Assembly (NCBI GenBank): GCA_964016885.1
Contig: OZ024766.1
Location: 4,774,001 to 4,838,000 of the forward strand
DNA from: Eledone cirrhosa
Taxonomy: Eukaryota
Reading direction: 5' to 3'
Length of the DNA: 64,000 bases
In this document: piece by piece, positions 25,276 to 39,404 of the stretch
How the letters are laid out: the number at the start of each line of letters is the position of its first letter
How positions within the stretch are numbered: the first letter of the stretch is position 1
Notes under the pieces: model-generated
Database searches by the model: none
What the model saw: the letters and a program-made list of their open reading frames with translations, nothing else
Told to the model about the DNA's origin: nothing
Program-made: the position numbers and the translations under genes

Positions 25276-25954
25276 GAGTGAGTGAGTGAGTGAGTGAGGG
25301 GCAGATATATATATATATAGAGAGAGAGAGTGAGTGAGGGGGAGATATAGATAGATATAGAGAGAGAGTGTGAGGGGGAGTATATATATAGAGAGAGAGA
25401 GTGAGGGGCAGATATATATATATATATAGAGAGAGAGTGAGGGGGGGGGGGATATAGATATATAGAGAGAGAGTGAGGGGGAGATGTAGATATAGAGAGA
25501 GAGTGAGGGGCAGATATATATATATATATATAGAGAGAGAGAGTGAGGGGGAGATATAGATATAGAGAGAGAGAGTGACGGGAAGATATAGATATAGAGA
25601 GAGAGAGAGTGAGGGGGGAGATATAGATATATATATATAGAGAGAGAGAGAGAGTGAGGGAGAGAGAGAGAGAGAGTAAGGCTGAGATATAGATAGAGAG
25701 AGAGAGTGAGGGGGAGATAGTTAGAGAGAGGGGGAGAGTGAGAGAATGAGGGGCAGATAGATAGATATATTTCCTTATTTGCCACAAGGGCGTACAAGAA
25801 AAGGGGACAGTTCAAAGACACATGGCGGGGATTTTACATACAGTCGTGTAAAAATATAAAAACAAACAATTATAACAATCGAAATCCCCAATAGGTGGAG
25901 AGGCATTACAAATGGGTCGTTTTATACCCCATAGATAGAACAACCCTCATCGAC

Positions 25955-26850
25955 ACAGTCTCCACCTCCTGCATAAACTCCTCTGCCTCCTTCACTGTAT
26001 TTGTCCCCAAAACTATGTCGTCGGCAAACTCAGCATCCGATATATTTTTCACCTTAATTCCCCTGCCCTGAGCCGGTGCTACAGTAAAGCCTGAAAATCC
26101 GCCTCTTCGTTGCTGTAGTGGAGTCTGTGCTGCTGTACAGGTCTGAGACTTGGACACTGACCAAGAAACTCACTCAGATGGTGGATGGGTGCTTCACGAG
26201 AATGCTGAGGACAGGTCTGAGACTTGGACACTGACCAAGAAACTCACTCAGATGGTGGATGGGTGCTACACGAGAATGCTGAGGATGGCTCATTGTTGTA
26301 GTGGAGTCTGTGCTGCTGTACGGGTCTGAGACTTGGACACTGACCGAGAAACTCACTCAGATGGTGGATGGGTGCTACACGAGAATGCTGAGGATGGGTC
26401 TGAGACTTGGACACTGACCAAGAAACTCACTCAGATGGTGGATGGGTGCTTCACGAGAATGCTGAGGATGGGTCTGAGACTTGGACACTGACCAAGAAAC
26501 TCACTCAGATGGTGGATGGGTACTACACGAGAATGCTGAGGATGGCTCATTGTTGTAGTGGAGTCTGTGCTGCTGTACGGGTCTGAGACTTGGACACTGA
26601 CCGAGAAACTCACTCAGATGGTGGATGGGTGCTACACGAGAATGCTGAGGATGGCTCTGAACATTAATCAGTATACACTGAGGATGAAGAACTCAGAGCT
26701 GTATGGGAGCCTCCAAAAAGTCAGCTCAAAAGTGACACAGAGGAGACTGAGGTTAGCTGGACATGCTCACCGACATCCAGAGTTGACATTGCACTCAGTG
26801 CTCCTGTGGGAGCCCCTACATGGACTGCACACACTGGAAGAGGAAGACCG
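25955..26850. mobile_element. RTE LINE fragments: minus-strand RT (FADD) and plus-strand rearranged repeats
   Basis: DAEFADDIVL on minus; VESVLLYGSETWTLT...DGCYTRMLR...RRLRLAGH on plus. Confidence 0.8.
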
Positions 26851-26973
26851 AGACTATATATATATAATTGGGATTATACTCAGGTATATCCTAATCTTTG
26901 TTGAGTGAGATTGAGTTGGTCAGAGTATCGCTTAAAGCTTTCTCTGTTAATGTATTAAATATATATATATATA

Positions 26974-27354
26974 TACGATATTAAACAAATGGAAACTATA
27001 TTTATATTTATAAAACCATATTTATTTCGTTATATATATTTCTGGGATATCATATTAAAAATATGTTATGCCTTCCTCAGACAAAATACAATACATAAGC
27101 TGTTTTATAAATAATTAGTGACATACCTTGTGATAATGCAACTTCCTTTTAAAAAGTTGATTTGGTAGTTGATTTTTTAAAAGGAAGTTGCATTATCACA
27201 AGGTATGTCACTAATTATTTATAAAACAGCTTATGTATTGTATTTTGTCTGAGGAAGGCATAACATATTTTTAATATGATATCCCAGAAATATATATAAC
27301 AAAATAAATATGGTTTTATAAATATAAATATAGTTTCCATTTGTTTAATATCGT
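26974..27354. repeat. Near-perfect inverted repeat, ~180-bp arms, ~20-bp spacer
   Basis: acgatattaaacaaatgg... mirrored by ...ccatttgtttaatatcgt. Related single copy at 23710-23877. Confidence 0.92.
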
Positions 27355-27439
27355 AAACCTACTCCAGAAACTGTTGAGTGCTTTTATATCAGTTATAAAA
27401 TATTTACTCGTTGTAACCCAACAATCTTAAATAAAACTT

Positions 27440-27470
<31 letters not shown>

Positions 27471-27520
27471 TACACAGCTCCAAAGTAGCCCAAAGGAGAC
27501 TGAGGTTAGCTGGACATGCA

Positions 27521-27955
27521 ACTACCCCAGTGTATTACTGGTACTTTATTTTATCGACCCTGTAATAACTGTTTCTACTTTTGGCACAAGGCCAGCAATT
27601 ACCCAGTGTATTACTGGTACTTTATTTTATCAACCCTGTAATAATTGTTTCTACTTTTGGCACAAGGCCAGCAATTACCCCAGTGTATTACTGGTACTTT
27701 ATTTTATCGACCCTATAATAACTGTTTCTACTTTTGGCACAAGGCCAGCAATTACCCCAGTGTATTACTGGTACTTTATTTTATCGACCCTATAATAACT
27801 GTTTCTACTTTTGGCACAAGGCCAGCAAATGCCCCCAGTGTATTACTGGTACTCTATGTTATCGACCCTCGGCGGGATTTGAACTCAGAACGTAAAGGGC
27901 CGTAACTCCGTGCCGCAAAGCATGGCGTCCGGCGCTCTACCGATTATTGCCGCCA
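27521..27955 (-). mobile_element. SINE family B with 77-bp x ~4.5 tail array
   Basis: tRNA-like head (B box gagttcaaatcc) then the same unit as 4287-5383. Confidence 0.85.
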
Positions 27956-28065
27956 AACCAACCACGCAACAAGGATGGTGCTGGTGATGATGATGATGAT
28001 GAAACAACAACAACAACAACAACAAGAATGATGAGGAGGAGGAGGGGGGGGGGGGTTTAACTTAC

Positions 28066-28226
28066 CCTCATGATAAAGTCACACTGTGAGATGGGTTCAA
28101 TCTCCATCTTGGCCCTTATTGTCATGGTGGGTTCACTGTTTGAGGCCCCGTTGAAGAGGTTTGAGGTGGCTGCTATGTAGTCATACTGGTAGACCATATC
28201 AGGTTTGTAGTTGAACTTGTTGCTGC
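28066..28226 (-). CDS. Apolipophorin-like exon 3 ([16 protein letters not shown]...QCDFIMR), start of Vitellogenin_N domain
   Basis: AG/GT ends, 161 nt, phase 1-0. KFxY...Y-x-Y-x-Y pattern typical of the LLT domain start. Confidence 0.88.
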
Positions 28227-28275
28227 CTGGTGACGGTGGGGAGGAGAGAGAGAGAGAGAAGTTTAGTAGAGGATA

Positions 28276-29605
28276 TATGTGTATGTATGTATGTGTGTAT
28301 GTATGTGTGTATGTATGTGTGTGTGTGTATGTATGTGTGTATGTATGTATGTATGTATGTGTGTATGTATGTGTGTATGTATGTGTGTATGTGTGTGTGT
28401 ATGTATGTGTGTATGTATGTGTGTATGTATGTGTGTATGTATGTATGTATGTATGTATGTGTGTATGTATGTGTGTATGTATGTGTGTATGTATGTGTGT
28501 ATGTATGTGTGTATGTATGTGTGTATGTATGTGTGTATGTATGTGTGTATGTATGTATGTATGTATGTGTGTATGTATGTGTGTATGTATGTGTGTATGT
28601 ATGTGTGTATGTATGTGTGTATGTATGTATGTATGTATGTGTGTATGTATGTGTGTATGTATGTGTGTATGTATGTGTGTATGTATGTGTGTATGTATGT
28701 GTGTATGTATGTGTGTATGTATGTATGTATGTATGTGTGTATGTATGTGTGTATGTATGTGTGTGTGTGTATGTATGTGTGTATGTATGTATGTATGTAT
28801 GTGTGTATGTATGTGTGTATGTATGTGTGTATGTATGTGTGTATGTATGTATGTATGTATGTGTGTATGTATGTGTGTATGTATGTATGTATGTATGTGT
28901 GTATGTATGTGTGTATGTATGTGTGTATGTATGTGTGTATGTATGTGTGTATGTATGTGTGTATGTATGTGTGTATGTATGTGTGTATGTATGTATGTAT
29001 GTATGTGTGTATGTATGTGTGTATGTATGTGTGTATGTATGTGTGTATGTATGTGTGTATGTATGTATGTATGTATGTATGTATGTATGTGTGTATGTAT
29101 GTGTGTATGTATGTGTGTATGTATGTGTGTATGTATGTGTGTATGTATGTGTGTATGTATGTGTGTATGTATGTATGTATGTATGTGTGTATGTATGTGT
29201 GTATGTATGTGTGTATGTATGTGTGTATGTATGTGTGTATGTATGTGTGTATGTATGTGTGTATGTATGTGTGTATGTATGTATGTATGTATGTGTGTAT
29301 GTATGTGTGTATGTATGTGTGTATGTATGTGTGTATGTATGTGTGTATGTATGTGTGTATGTATGTGTGTATGTATGTGTGTATGTATGTGTGTATGTAT
29401 GTGTGTATGTATGTGTGTATGTATGTATGTATGTGTGTGTGTGTATGTATGTATGTGTGTGTGTATGTATGTGTGTATGTATGTGTGTGTGTGTATGTAT
29501 GTGTGTGTGTGTGTGTATGTGTGTATGTATGTATGTATGTATATATATGTATGTATGTATATATATATATATGTATGTATATTATATGTATGTATATATA
29601 TATGT

Positions 29606-29639
<34 letters not shown>

Positions 29640-29683
29640 GTATATATATATATACACCCAGCTTCTATATATATACACCCTGT

Positions 29684-29733
<50 letters not shown>

Positions 29734-29955
29734 CCAGCTTCTATATATATACACCCTGTTGATATATATATATATATACACCCAGCTTCTATATATATAC
29801 ACCCAGCTTCTATATATATATACACCCAGCTTCTATATATATACACCCTGTTGATATATATATATATATATATACACCCAGCTTCTATATATATACACCC
29901 TGTTGATATATATATATATATATATACACCCAGCTTCTATATATATACACCCTGT

Positions 29956-29989
<34 letters not shown>

Positions 29990-30122
29990 CCAGCTTCTAT
30001 ATATATACACCCTGTTGATATATATATATATATATATATACACCCAGCTTCTATATATATACACCCTGTTGATATATATATATATACACCCAGCTTCTAT
30101 ATATATACACCCTGTTGATATA
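28276..30122. repeat. (TATG/TGTG)n microsatellite followed by cacccagcttc/caccctgttg minisatellite
   Basis: Directly visible periodicity. Confidence 0.95.
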
Positions 30123-30135
30123 TAACGTTATTTAC

Positions 30136-30192
30136 CTGAACATGTTTGTGCACAAGTTGTCTGGTCTTGGCCTCCTCTTAGCTGGATTGGAC
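30136..30192 (-). CDS. Apolipophorin-like exon 2 ([19 protein letters not shown])
   Basis: tttcag acceptor, G|gtaaa donor, 57 nt, phase 1-1. CxxxC motif preceding the LLT beta-barrel. Confidence 0.75.
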
Positions 30193-30267
30193 CTGAAATA
30201 TAGAATATTATACATACATGTTGTGTGTGTGTATACATATATATACATCTATGTGTAAATGTATATA

Positions 30268-30392
<125 letters not shown>

Positions 30393-30426
30393 CATACATG
30401 TGTGTATATATATATATACACACATA

Positions 30427-30488
<62 letters not shown>

Positions 30489-30496
30489 TATGTGTG

Positions 30497-30529
<33 letters not shown>

Positions 30530-30538
30530 ATACATACA

Positions 30539-30587
<49 letters not shown>

Positions 30588-30652
30588 GCATATATATATA
30601 TATATACACACATATGCCTATATATATATATATATATATATGCATATGTGTG

Positions 30653-30702
<50 letters not shown>

Positions 30703-30796
30703 CATACATGTGTGTATATATATATACACACATATGCATATATATATATATACACACATATGCATATATATATATATATATATATGCATATGTGTG

Positions 30797-30871
<75 letters not shown>

Positions 30872-31576
30872 CGATAGAAATGTGGTAAGGAACCAGGTGG
30901 ACCATAACGCACCAAAGTACTCAATACTAGAATTAGCCGTCGAAACCGCTTGAGCTCTGCCGTCGGGGTCCTACTCGTTCCTATATATATATATATATAT
31001 TTATACATATATATAATAGGGGAAGAGTCTTAGCGTTTCGGACGTTAGTCCTTCATTAGAAAATTCGAATGAGAAATTAAAGAAGACATTTAATAGAAGA
31101 GAGAGGAGACGGGCAGTGGCAGAGACGACAGAAAAAAATGGGTTTTTAAGATGAAAAACCCCCAGGTCTATTCACATCACCATCTTTTGGAATATATATT
31201 TAAGTGAAATTTATCACCAATATGTGGCGTTGCCCCAGCTTGGCCCCCTCCCCTCGGCTGGAACGGATAATAGAATATACTTTATATCTCGATAGAAATG
31301 ATTGCTTGAAAAATCCCTAATTTAGAGAATAATAAAAAGAAATATCTTTAGTTAAAAATACAGAAAGACGTAGGGAAAGATCCTAGTAAAGTTATCTAAA
31401 GTAATAATAATTTCATAAGCAGTTTATCCTATGGGTATAGTCTTAGTTAAGTACTCTAAAACTATAGGGCTCAACAAATATAATCCTTATTGCAATTTCT
31501 TGAGTAAAGGACTTGCACTACATACATCCCAACTGAAAAGACTGCTGATCCTAATGAACTATTACTATATGTGAAA

Positions 31577-32605
31577 TGAGATTGGATGGCACATATACCC
31601 GCCTCTTAATGAGAGTGCAAAACCTATCCTGGAAACGACATCCCACCTTGTCTAAAATCTATGGCAAACTCCCTCCAGCCTCTGCCCTTCTAAAATCCCG
31701 GAGAGCTCAATTTGCTGGCCACTGTCACCGTGCCAGCAATGAAATCATATCCGCTCTCTTGCTCTGGAACCCTGACTCTGAGAGGAGATTGGATGGCACA
31801 TATACCCGCCTCTTAATGAGAGTGCAAAACCTATCCTGGAAACGACATCCCACCTTGTCTAAAATCTATGGCAAACTCCCTCCAGCCTCTGCCCTTCTAA
31901 AATCCCGGAGAGCTCAATTTGCTGGCCACTGTCACCGTGCCAGCAATGAAATCATATCCGCTCTCTTGCTCTGGAACCCTGACTCTGAGAGGAGATTGGA
32001 TGGCACATATACCCGCCTCTTAATGAGAGTGCAAAACCTATCCTGGAAACGACATCCCACCTTGTCTAAAATCTATGGCAAACTCCCTCCAGCCTCTGCC
32101 CTTCTAAAATCCCGGAGAGCTCAATTTGCTGGCCCCTGTCACCGTGCCAGCAATGAAATCATATCCGCTCTCTTGCTCTGGAACCCTGACTCCAGCCTGA
32201 CTAGGAGTAGGAAGGAAGCTGTCATTCCCTGACGTTATCTCTAGGGATACGGGAATCAGCAGACAGGACCTGGGGGGCAGCGATGGGGGACAGGGGATTC
32301 TGGGGCACCTGACTCCAGCCTGACTAGGAGTAGGAAGCTGTCATTCCCTGACGTTATCTCTAGGGATACGGGAATCAGCAGACAGGACCTGGGGGCAGCG
32401 ATGGGGGACAGGGGATTCTGGGGCACCTGACTCCAGCCTGACTAGGAGTAGGAAGCTGTCATTCCCTGACGTTATCTCTAGGGATACGGGAATCAGCAGA
32501 CAGGACCTGGCGGGCAGCGATGTGGGGGACAGGGAATTCTGGGGCATGAGAGTGAGATCCATCATCTCGACAGTAGTCGACGAGTGATGATGATGATGAT
32601 GATGA
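31577..32605 (+). mobile_element. RTE LINE 3' end with 210-bp x3 and ~120-bp x3 arrays, (GAT)n tail
   Basis: RLDGTYTRLL...RRAQFAGHCHR...LLLW repeated three times. Confidence 0.85.
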
Positions 32606-32691
32606 TATATATATAAGTGTATCGAGGGTTCAATCGGGAGGTAACCACAGTAAGTTAGGTACTCAATACATGGCAGAGTATAAATATTTAA

Positions 32692-32806
32692 TATAGAAAT
32701 GGCTTCTACAGGACCAGAATTGTTTCATTCGGGAGAAATCATCAGGAGCTTCCTGATGATTTTTCACGAATGAAACAGTTCTAGTCCTGTAGAAGCCATT
32801 TCTATA
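32692..32806. ncRNA. Inverted pair of hammerhead-like motifs
   Basis: Plus arm gcttc-CTGATGA-tttttcacgaat-GAAA-cagttctagtcctgTA-gaagc. Related minus-strand copy at 34777-34828. Confidence 0.55.
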
Positions 32807-33016
32807 TATATATATATATATATTTTATTTGAGTGACCCGAATCTTCCTGGTCGTTTATTTTCGGCTGCATGGGTGATTTTAGGCATGACCTCTATGTGT
32901 TGGTATTTTAACAATAGTTATAGCTCTGATTTTTCCAAATTACTGAGCACTCTGCCACATATATCGGATATTGTTTATCGTGATTTCGTGGGCTGAAATT
33001 CCGATTCTCGATTATT

Positions 33017-33074
<58 letters not shown>

Positions 33075-33138
33075 TATATGTTGAATTAAAACTGCACTAT
33101 CCACAAGTGTTTTTTAGCCTTCATATCATGTTCTCCTG

Positions 33139-33205
33139 TTTTATCTGATGAAAACACAAATATTATTGCATGATGATGTTTGTTTTTGAAATGCGCATAA
33201 TAAAA
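33139..33205 (+). ncRNA. Minimal type I hammerhead motif
   Basis: ttttat-CTGATGA-aaaca...tgttttt-GAAA-tgcgca-TA-ataaaa. 6-bp stem I and palindromic stem III. Confidence 0.6.
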
Positions 33206-33237
33206 TACATGGAACTCCTTTAACCATCTTTTGATCT

Positions 33238-33293
<56 letters not shown>

Positions 33294-34647
33294 TGTGTTA
33301 CCTTTTCAACATATTGTATTCTAAAGTGCCCAGGATTTCCTCTCCCTTGAGCACATTATTTGCAGGGAACGGCGAGTGTTAATGTATCGTGATATACATA
33401 TATATATATTGTTATACTTGGGGAGGGTCATATTTGTGTAATATTGTTTCTACTTTTGGCACAAGGCCAGCAATTATCCCAGTGTATTACTGGTACTTTG
33501 TGTAATATTGCCAGAATTAATAACAGAACACACTCACTGTTTGGTTGGTTTTCGCTTCTCGCTTCTGTGTCTTTTATATCGGTAATCTAACTTACTCGGT
33601 CCTCAATGTTGCCATATATATATATATATAACGAAGGAAATGTGGTAAGGAACCAGATGGACCATAACGCACCAGAGTACTCAATACTTAGGGTAGTAGA
33701 GAGGGTAATAGGAAAATGTTTGACCCCGACGGCAGAGCTCAAGCCGTTTCGACGGCTATTTCTGGACGTCCAGAAATAGCCGTCGAAACGGCTTGAGCTC
33801 TGCTGTCGGGGTCAAACATTTTCATATATATATATATATATATAACGAAGGAAATGTGGTAAGGAACCAAGTGGACCATAACGCACCAAAGTACTCAATA
33901 CTTAGGGTAGTAGAGTGGGTAATAGGAACGAGTGGGACCCCGACGGCTGAGCTCAAGCCGTTTCGACGGCTAATTCTGGACTAATTTCAGTCCAGAATTA
34001 GCCGTCGAAACGGCTTGAGCTCAGCCGTCGGGGTCCTACTCGTTCCTATATATATATATATATATAAATATATATATATATATGGAAAATGATAAAGATT
34101 TGAAAAACAAAAGCACCTAAAGTGTTTATATTTTATATATACATGATTAGACCTGTCAAGTTTGGAGTGAGTGAAAGATATATTCTCTTGTGATAATAGT
34201 TATAGCTTTCATTATGTAAAATCTCCCCAATTTTGCCTCACCGTTTTTTCATGTTGTTTCCCGTTTGGGGAGTCATTTTACTGAATAAAAAACCCGGCAT
34301 CTTAACTGTAACTGTGTAAAATATACGCGGCAGTCAACAGGTTAAGACGGGTTTTGAATAGTTTGTTTTTTGTTTTGTTTTTTCTCCTTAATTTGCTAGC
34401 GTTCCATTTGTAATGTTATTGTCGCTTATGCTCTTGTTAAGACAAGGAACACACAACTGGTTGTATTTTGTGTTGTCCCTTACGTCAAGGAGGAAAGTAA
34501 AGAAGACAAAAACAAACATAATTCTTAACAAGGGGCATAATTCTGGTCCGACCAGACATCGAAGGTTATGTGTGTGTGTGTGTGTGCGTGTGTATATAAA
34601 CTCTACTTCGGTATTGAGTACACCTTTCTCTCAGCCGTCAACCACAT

Positions 34648-34698
<51 letters not shown>

Positions 34699-35701
34699 TA
34701 TCCTGGGTTCAATTGGGAGTAACCACAGTAAGTAAGGTACTCAATATATAGCAGAGTATAAATATTTAATATAGAAATGGCTTCTACAGGACTAGGACTG
34801 TTTCATTCGGGAGAAATCATCAGGAATATTTATAGTTACTCTTTCCTATACAATAATCAAACAAATATTAACAGAAATTTCCAGACACATCACATCATAT
34901 ATAACTACTATAAACTTTTCAATAAGCACAATATCAAGAGTAGCTATAATTGCTCAGATATTCAAATATTTCAAATATCCAACTGGAAAGTGATATAAAT
35001 CTTGGGTAATGTCCAACAGAATATGGTCACGAATACAAACGGCCAAAATGGGATTCCGCCAAAGGATCCTTGGAGTAATGTTACACAATAGAGTGGGTAG
35101 CTCGGAGATGAGAGAGAATCACTCCAGGTAGAGCTGCTACTTTTACTGAATTGGGAGATCACAGCTCTGATACTATGGAGATGTGGACAGATTTTTACAA
35201 GCAGAACCAACTAGTGGGAGACCCAGGGGTAGACCTAGAGCAAAGATGGTTGGATTGGGTAATATCCATGAGCTTGGCTGGTCTCACCTTTGGATTAAGC
35301 CAGATCAATCGGAAACGGTTGCTTCAGCCAGGTCCCTCTGGAGGGAGTGTTTGAAGGTCTCTGTATTCATTACAACTCCCAGAAATAATTCAGCAATGAA
35401 AGAGTGTATTGCCAAGCTGTATCAGCCATTTCCTTGGATAACATCATATATTGCAGGACAGATCTTACAGGCAAAACTAACCAGCATGAGATCAAGTGGT
35501 AGACCCACTGAACAAGATGCTTTAATACCATCCATGAGGTCGGTTGGTCGTGCTTTGTGGGAGATCCAGCCTGATCGGTCGGAAACAGTTCCTTCTGAAA
35601 GGACCCTGCATCTGCTGCTACGACCCTCACAGGAATAAGTGGGCAAAGAAGAAGAATAAAAGCCAGCCAGATAGATAGACAGATAGACAGAGAAGAAGTG
35701 T

Positions 35702-37718
35702 TTAACCCTTTAGTGTACAAACCGGCCAAAACCAGCCAGAATTCTCTACCTCTTTCTGTTGAAACTGGCTGTAACCGGTCGCTCAAACTGATTTTAAGGT
35801 ATTGTTCTCAAAATAAATACTTTCAAAATCTCATAGATTCGATGTTATGTGAGGTAACTAGGTGAGGTAAAGCCTTTACCATGAAAATACAATAGTATCG
35901 ATAGAGTAATGTAAATATTATGTGAGATATTATGTGAGGTAAAGCCTTTACTGTGACAATACAATAGTATATATAGAGTAAGGTAAATGTTATGTGAGAT
36001 ATTATGTGAGGTAAAACCTTTACTGTGACAATACAATAGTATATATAGAGTAATGTAAATGTTATGTGAGATATTATGTGAGGTAAAGCCTTTACTGTGA
36101 CAATACAATAGTATATATAGAGTAATGTAAATGTTATGTGAGATATTATGTGAGGTAAAGCCTTTACTGTGACAATACAATAGTATATATAGAGTAATGT
36201 AAATGTTATGTGAGATATTATGTGAGGTAAAGCCTTTACTGTGAAAATACAATAGTATATATAGAGTAATGTAAATGTTATGTGAGATATTATGTGAGGT
36301 AAAGCCTTTACTGTGACAATACAATAGTATATATAGAGTAATGTAAATATTATGTGAGATATTATGTGAGGTAAAGCCTTTACTGTGACAATACAATAGT
36401 ATATATAGAGTAATGTAAATGTTATGTGAGGTAAAGCCTTTACTGTGACAATACAATAGTATATATAGAGTAATGTAAATGTTATGTGAGATATTATGTG
36501 AGGTAAAGCCTTTACTGTGAAAATACAATAGTATATATAGAGTAATGTAAATGTTATGTGAGATATTATGTGAGGTAAAACCTTTACTGTGAAAATACAA
36601 TAGTATATATAGAGTAATGTAAATGTTATGTGAGATATTATGTGAGGTAAAACCTTTACTGTGAAAATACAATAGTATATATAGAGTAATGTAAATGTTA
36701 TGTGAGATATTATGTGAGGGTAAAACCTTTACTGTGAAAATACAATAGTATATATAGAGTAATGTAAATGTTATGTGAGATATTATGTGAGGTAAAACCT
36801 TTACTGTGAAAATACAATAGTATATATAGAGTAATGTAAATGTTATGTGAGATATTATGTGAGGTAAAACCTTTACTGTGAAAATACAATAGTATATATA
36901 GAGTAATGTAAATATTATGTGAGATATTATGTGAGGTAAAGCCTTTACTGTGAAAATACAATAGTATATATAGAGTAATGTAAATGTTATGTGAGATATT
37001 ATGTGAGGTAAAACCTTTACTGTGAAAATACAATAGTATATATAGAGTAATGTAAATGTTATGTGAGATATTATGTGAGGTAAAACCTTTACTGTGAAAA
37101 TACAATAGTATATATAGAGTAATGTAAATGTTATGTGAGATATTATGTGAGGTAAAACCTTTACTGTGAAAATACAATAGTATATATAGAGTAATGTAAA
37201 TGTTATGTGAGATATTATGTGAGGTAAAACCTTTACTGTGAAAATACAATAGTATATATAGAGTAATGTAAATGTTATGTGAGATATTATGTGAGGTAAA
37301 ACCTTTACTGTGAAAATACAATAGTATATATAGAGTAATGTAAATGTTATGTGAGATATTATGTGAGGTAAAACCTTTACTGTGAAAATACAATAGTATA
37401 TATAGAGTAATGTAAATGTTATGTGAGATATTATGTGAGGTAAAACCTTTACTGTGAAAATACAATAGTATATATAGAGTAATGTAAATGTTATGTGAGA
37501 TATTATGTGAGGTAAAACCTTTACTGTGAAAATACAATAGTATATATAGAGTAATGTAAATGTTATGTGAGATATTATGTGAGGTAAAACCTTTACTGTG
37601 ACAATACAATAGTATATATAGAGTAATGTAAATGTTATGTGAGATATTATGTGAGGTAAAGCCTTTACTGTGAAAATACAATAGTATATATAGAGTAATG
37701 TGAATGCTAAAGGGTTAA
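35702..37718 (+). mobile_element. TTAA-flanked MITE (piggyBac-like) with internal 84-bp x ~22 satellite
   Basis: TTAA-CCCTTTAG ... CTAAAGGG-TTAA termini. Confidence 0.75.
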
Positions 37719-37745
37719 AAAAGTTTCATTGTACAAGGCACTTAC

Positions 37746-37800
37746 CGGATTGTCCAAGAGCCACAAGTGTAGCGAGGAATACAAAATAAGAAGACTGCAT
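37746..37800 (-). CDS. Apolipophorin/ApoB-like LLTP exon 1 (signal peptide [18 protein letters not shown])
   Basis: ATG, hydrophobic 18-aa leader, then G|gtaagt donor. 55 nt, phase 1, matching exon 2. Lies just downstream of the TATA/Inr. Confidence 0.8.
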
Positions 37801-37854
37801 AATCTTTGTGCTCTTGTGGTGGGTTTAGCTATTGAAACGACACCAGGAGTCAAA

Positions 37855-37889
37855 GACTGACAATTCTGGTGGACCGAGGGGGTTTTATA
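37855..37889 (-). promoter_or_regulatory. Core promoter of the apolipophorin-like gene: TATA box + initiator
   Basis: Minus strand reads TATAAAA (37889-37883) and TCAGTC (37860-37855). The putative +1 A at 37858 is 31 nt from the first T of TATA and 58 nt upstream of the ATG at 37800. Confidence 0.75.
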
Positions 37890-38145
37890 GGAAATACTGT
37901 ACAATGGAGGGACCAAAGTCCTTCCTAGTAAAACCTGGTAACGAAGTAGATAATTATGATTAATAATTATAGTAGCAGTAGTGATGATAATGTCGGTGAT
38001 GATGATGATACTATTAGTGATAATAATTATGATGGTGATAATGATGATGATGATGATGAAGGTGACAAAAGAACTATTAATAAAAATGATGATATTGATG
38101 GTGATGATGATAACATTAATGATAAATAAAACATATATACATATA

Positions 38146-38176
<31 letters not shown>

Positions 38177-38327
38177 ATACAAATACATATATATATATGT
38201 ATGTATATATACGTATACATATGCATATATATATATATATATATATGTGTATATATATATATGTGTATATATATATATGTGTGTGTGTATATATATGTAT
38301 ATATATATATATATGTATGTGTGTATA

Positions 38328-38379
<52 letters not shown>

Positions 38380-38482
38380 AATATATATATATATATATGT
38401 ATATATATATGTGTGTGTATATATACAAATACATATATATATATATCATCATCATCATTTTTCGTTCGCTTTTCCTGCTATG

Positions 38483-38524
<42 letters not shown>

Positions 38525-38830
38525 TACATATATATAGGAATACATATATATATATCTATATATATACATATATATAAACATATATATACATATATGTATA
38601 TATATATACATATATATAAACATATATATAAACATATATATACATATATGTATATATATATGTATATTATTATTATTATTACATTGTTGCTCAATCACCC
38701 TAGTTTCGCAACTACGGCAACTGATAAGATATGATCTTTGTATGAGTGTATGTGGAGGTTTGTGTATAAGCACATGCATATATTGATATACACGTGTGTG
38801 TGTATATATATATATATGTATATATATATG

Positions 38831-38884
<54 letters not shown>

Positions 38885-38962
38885 TATATAAATATATACC
38901 TGTATATATATATATATATATATACAGGTGTGTGTATATATATATATATGTATATATATATG

Positions 38963-38998
<36 letters not shown>

Positions 38999-39077
38999 TA
39001 CAGGTGTGTGTATATATATATATATATATATCCCCATGTACTTTTGATGAACGTGATAAAAAATACTCAATACAGAA

Positions 39078-39118
<41 letters not shown>

Positions 39119-39143
39119 GAGTGTGTGTATAGGTTTAGGTATG

Positions 39144-39175
<32 letters not shown>

Positions 39176-39404
39176 CATACACACACACACACACATATGA
39201 AGGGCTTCTTCACACTTTCTGTCTACCAAATTTACTCACATAGAACCAAATATCATCTTTTTTTTATTCCAACCTGGTCAAACCTATTTCATTTCTATGA
39301 AACAAAACCTTCTGCATTTAAAGTGTTCCTATTTAAATTAAAATCTTCCAACATAATTTTATATAAGAACCTAACATTAAGTTCCTATCTTAGTAATTAA
39401 ATAA

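Noticed and set aside
35845-37681. 275/323-aa ORFs in the 84-bp array
   Set aside because: Satellite inside a MITE, frameshifted at about 36720, no transposase motifs.
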